From Pirellulales bacterium (GTDB lineage Bacteria > Planctomycetota > Planctomycetia > Pirellulales > JAICIG01): a stretch of 64,000 nucleotides of DNA. The notes under the pieces are model-generated. The model searched no databases, was not told the origin of the DNA, and saw only the letters and a program-made list of their open reading frames with translations. The DNA lies in the NCBI GenBank assembly GCA_040901675.1, contig JBBDYJ010000025.1, positions 223,943-287,942 on the forward strand. Reading direction: 5' to 3'. Shown in pieces: positions 62,452-64,000 of the stretch; position 1 is the first letter of the stretch, and every line of letters starts with the position of its first letter. Both the position numbers and the translations under genes were made by a program.

Positions 62452-63194
62452 AACGGCTTGCCGGCGCCAAGGTCGACCAGGCCACGCGGTGGATCTACCG
62501 CGGCGTGTGGAGCGTGCTGGTACGTTGGTTCAAGGTGCCCGACCGGCCGCCCGAGCTGCCCACCGCCCCCGGCGAGTCGCTGGAAAGCTTTCAACCTTCG
62601 GCCGGTTTTCTACGCTATTTGAAGCTCAAGTTCTGGGTCGTGTTGCTCTTGTTCGACGGGGCCATCCTGGTCGCCTGGCTGGCCGTCGCCGTCGCCTCGC
62701 CCGTCGCGGGAGCCATATCCGCCCTGCCTGCCCTGGCCATTGCAGTCATCCCCGACATCGTGGCCTACATTGCCATCCACTTGCGGTACGACACCACCTG
62801 GTACGTGATGACCGGCCGCAGCTTGCGCATCCGGCGGGGAATCTGGGTCATTCACGAGACGACGATCACGTTCGAGAACGTGCAGAACGTGGAGGTGAAC
62901 CAGGGGCCGCTCCAGCGCTGGTTCGGCATTGCCGACGTCCGCGTCGACACGGCCGGCGGCGGCGGCGTCCAGGCCGGCGCCCACGGCACGGCCTCGATGA
63001 CCGGCCACCGCGGCTTGATCGAGGGCGTCAGCGATGCCCCGCGCATCCGGGACATGATCCTTTCCCGCCTGCGCCACTCGCGCACCGCCGGCCTGGGCGA
63101 CGAAGACCCGCGGCGCCTCTCGGTCTGGTCGCCCCGCCACGTGGCTGTGCTGCGGGAAATCCGCGACCTGGCGCGGCAGCTCGCCGCGAGATAG
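62448..63194 (+). CDS. Bacterial PH domain (bPH_2) membrane protein
   Basis: IRRGIW..ETTITFENVQNV..QGPLQRWFGIADVRVDTAG; ATGA overlap. Confidence 0.85.
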   Translation: MKRLAGAKVDQATRWIYRGVWSVLVRWFKVPDRPPELPTAPGESLESFQPSAGFLRYLKLKFWVVLLLFDGAILVAWLAVAVASPVAGAISALPALAIAVIPDIVAYIAIHLRYDTTWYVMTGRSLRIRRGIWVIHETTITFENVQNVEVNQGPLQRWFGIADVRVDTAGGGGVQAGAHGTASMTGHRGLIEGVSDAPRIRDMILSRLRHSRTAGLGDEDPRRLSVWSPRHVAVLREIRDLARQLAAR

Positions 63195-63215
63195 CCAGGC
63201 CTATCCGCTCGCACC

Positions 63216-63884
63216 CTATTCGCGCAGCACCTCTTCGATGAGTCGGCGAGGGATACCGATGTCCACGACGTGAAGCTGGCCGACGTATTCATCGGCGCCA
63301 GGGACCAGGAAGCCGGGCTTGGCGGCCACGAACGTGCAGGTGTGCGCGGCCCGGATCGTGTGGCGGGCAGCCTGGCCCGTGTCGCAGTCGAGGCCGCTGG
63401 GCAAGTCGACGGCCAGCTTGGGCGCCGGGTGAGCGTTCAAAGCGTCGATTACCTCGTCGAGCGGCGGGCGCGGCTCGCCCGTGGCACCCGTGCCCAGCAA
63501 GGCATCGACAATCCAGGCCGCCCCCTCCAGGCACCTGTCTAAGCGCGGGCCGTCGTGGCCGCTGAAGACCTCGATGGCGATGCCGCAGCGGGCGATGCAA
63601 TCGAAGTTGATCCGGGCGTCGCCCGCCAATGCAGCCGGATCGCTCCAGACCAGCACGCGCACCTCCAACCGGCGCACGTCCAGGTGACGCGCCAACACGA
63701 AGCCGTCGCCCGCGTTGTTCCCCTTGCCGCAGCAGATGGCCACCGGCCCCGCAGTGCCTAGCTCGACCAGCTTGTCGGCCAGGCCGCGGCCCGCGTTCTC
63801 CATCAACACGATCGTCGGCAGGCCGTACTCTTCGGTGGCCAGCCGATCAATCTCGCGGACCTGGCTGCGGTTGAGAGTTTTCAG
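63216..63884 (-). CDS. nnrE: NAD(P)H-hydrate epimerase (YjeF N-terminal domain, stand-alone)
   Basis: LMENAG, CGKGNNAGDG, IVDALLGTG, AVDLPSG, DIGIP; homology extends upstream to a CTG at 63884. Confidence 0.9.
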   Translation of the reverse strand: MKTLNRSQVREIDRLATEEYGLPTIVLMENAGRGLADKLVELGTAGPVAICCGKGNNAGDGFVLARHLDVRRLEVRVLVWSDPAALAGDARINFDCIARCGIAIEVFSGHDGPRLDRCLEGAAWIVDALLGTGATGEPRPPLDEVIDALNAHPAPKLAVDLPSGLDCDTGQAARHTIRAAHTCTFVAAKPGFLVPGADEYVGQLHVVDIGIPRRLIEEVLRE

Positions 63885-64000
63885 TTTTCAGTCCACCAAT
63901 GGCGGCCGCGGCCGCCTTCGTCTCGCCTTGTCCCCTTGTCTCCTTGTCATACTCTCCCCGTTCCCTGTACGCTATTATTTATTGTATCGAGGTGCTCACG

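Overview
GC-rich bacterial DNA, most likely Planctomycetota (Pirellulales-like), judged from the DUF1549/DUF1553 cytochrome c plus DUF1501 gene pairs and the repeat types. In order the window holds: dusB; a suf Fe-S assembly operon (sufR-like regulator, a lone nuoB, sufC, sufB, sufD, Rieske ferredoxin, sufT); a patatin; a Wzm/Wzt polysaccharide cluster (FkbM methyltransferase, GT4s, gmd, a GT-C enzyme); a structured RNA candidate ahead of rny-ymdB; a reduced T6SS membrane module (tssK, tssL, short tssM) next to a FliA-type sigma factor; two PIN toxin-antitoxin pairs around a D-aminoacylase; an ABC exporter with a large beta-rich insert; CheR coupled to a hybrid kinase with a Glu-rich coiled coil, followed by a general-stress cluster; BlaI/BlaR1; three DUF1549/1553 + DUF1501 units (the first destroyed by a frameshift and a deletion); two bPH_2 genes; and nnrE. 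Several REP-like repeat families are dispersed through it, and one composite copy is inserted in frame inside a gene. No rRNA, tRNA, CRISPR array or transposase was seen. All calls come from motif recognition by eye; no database search was run.
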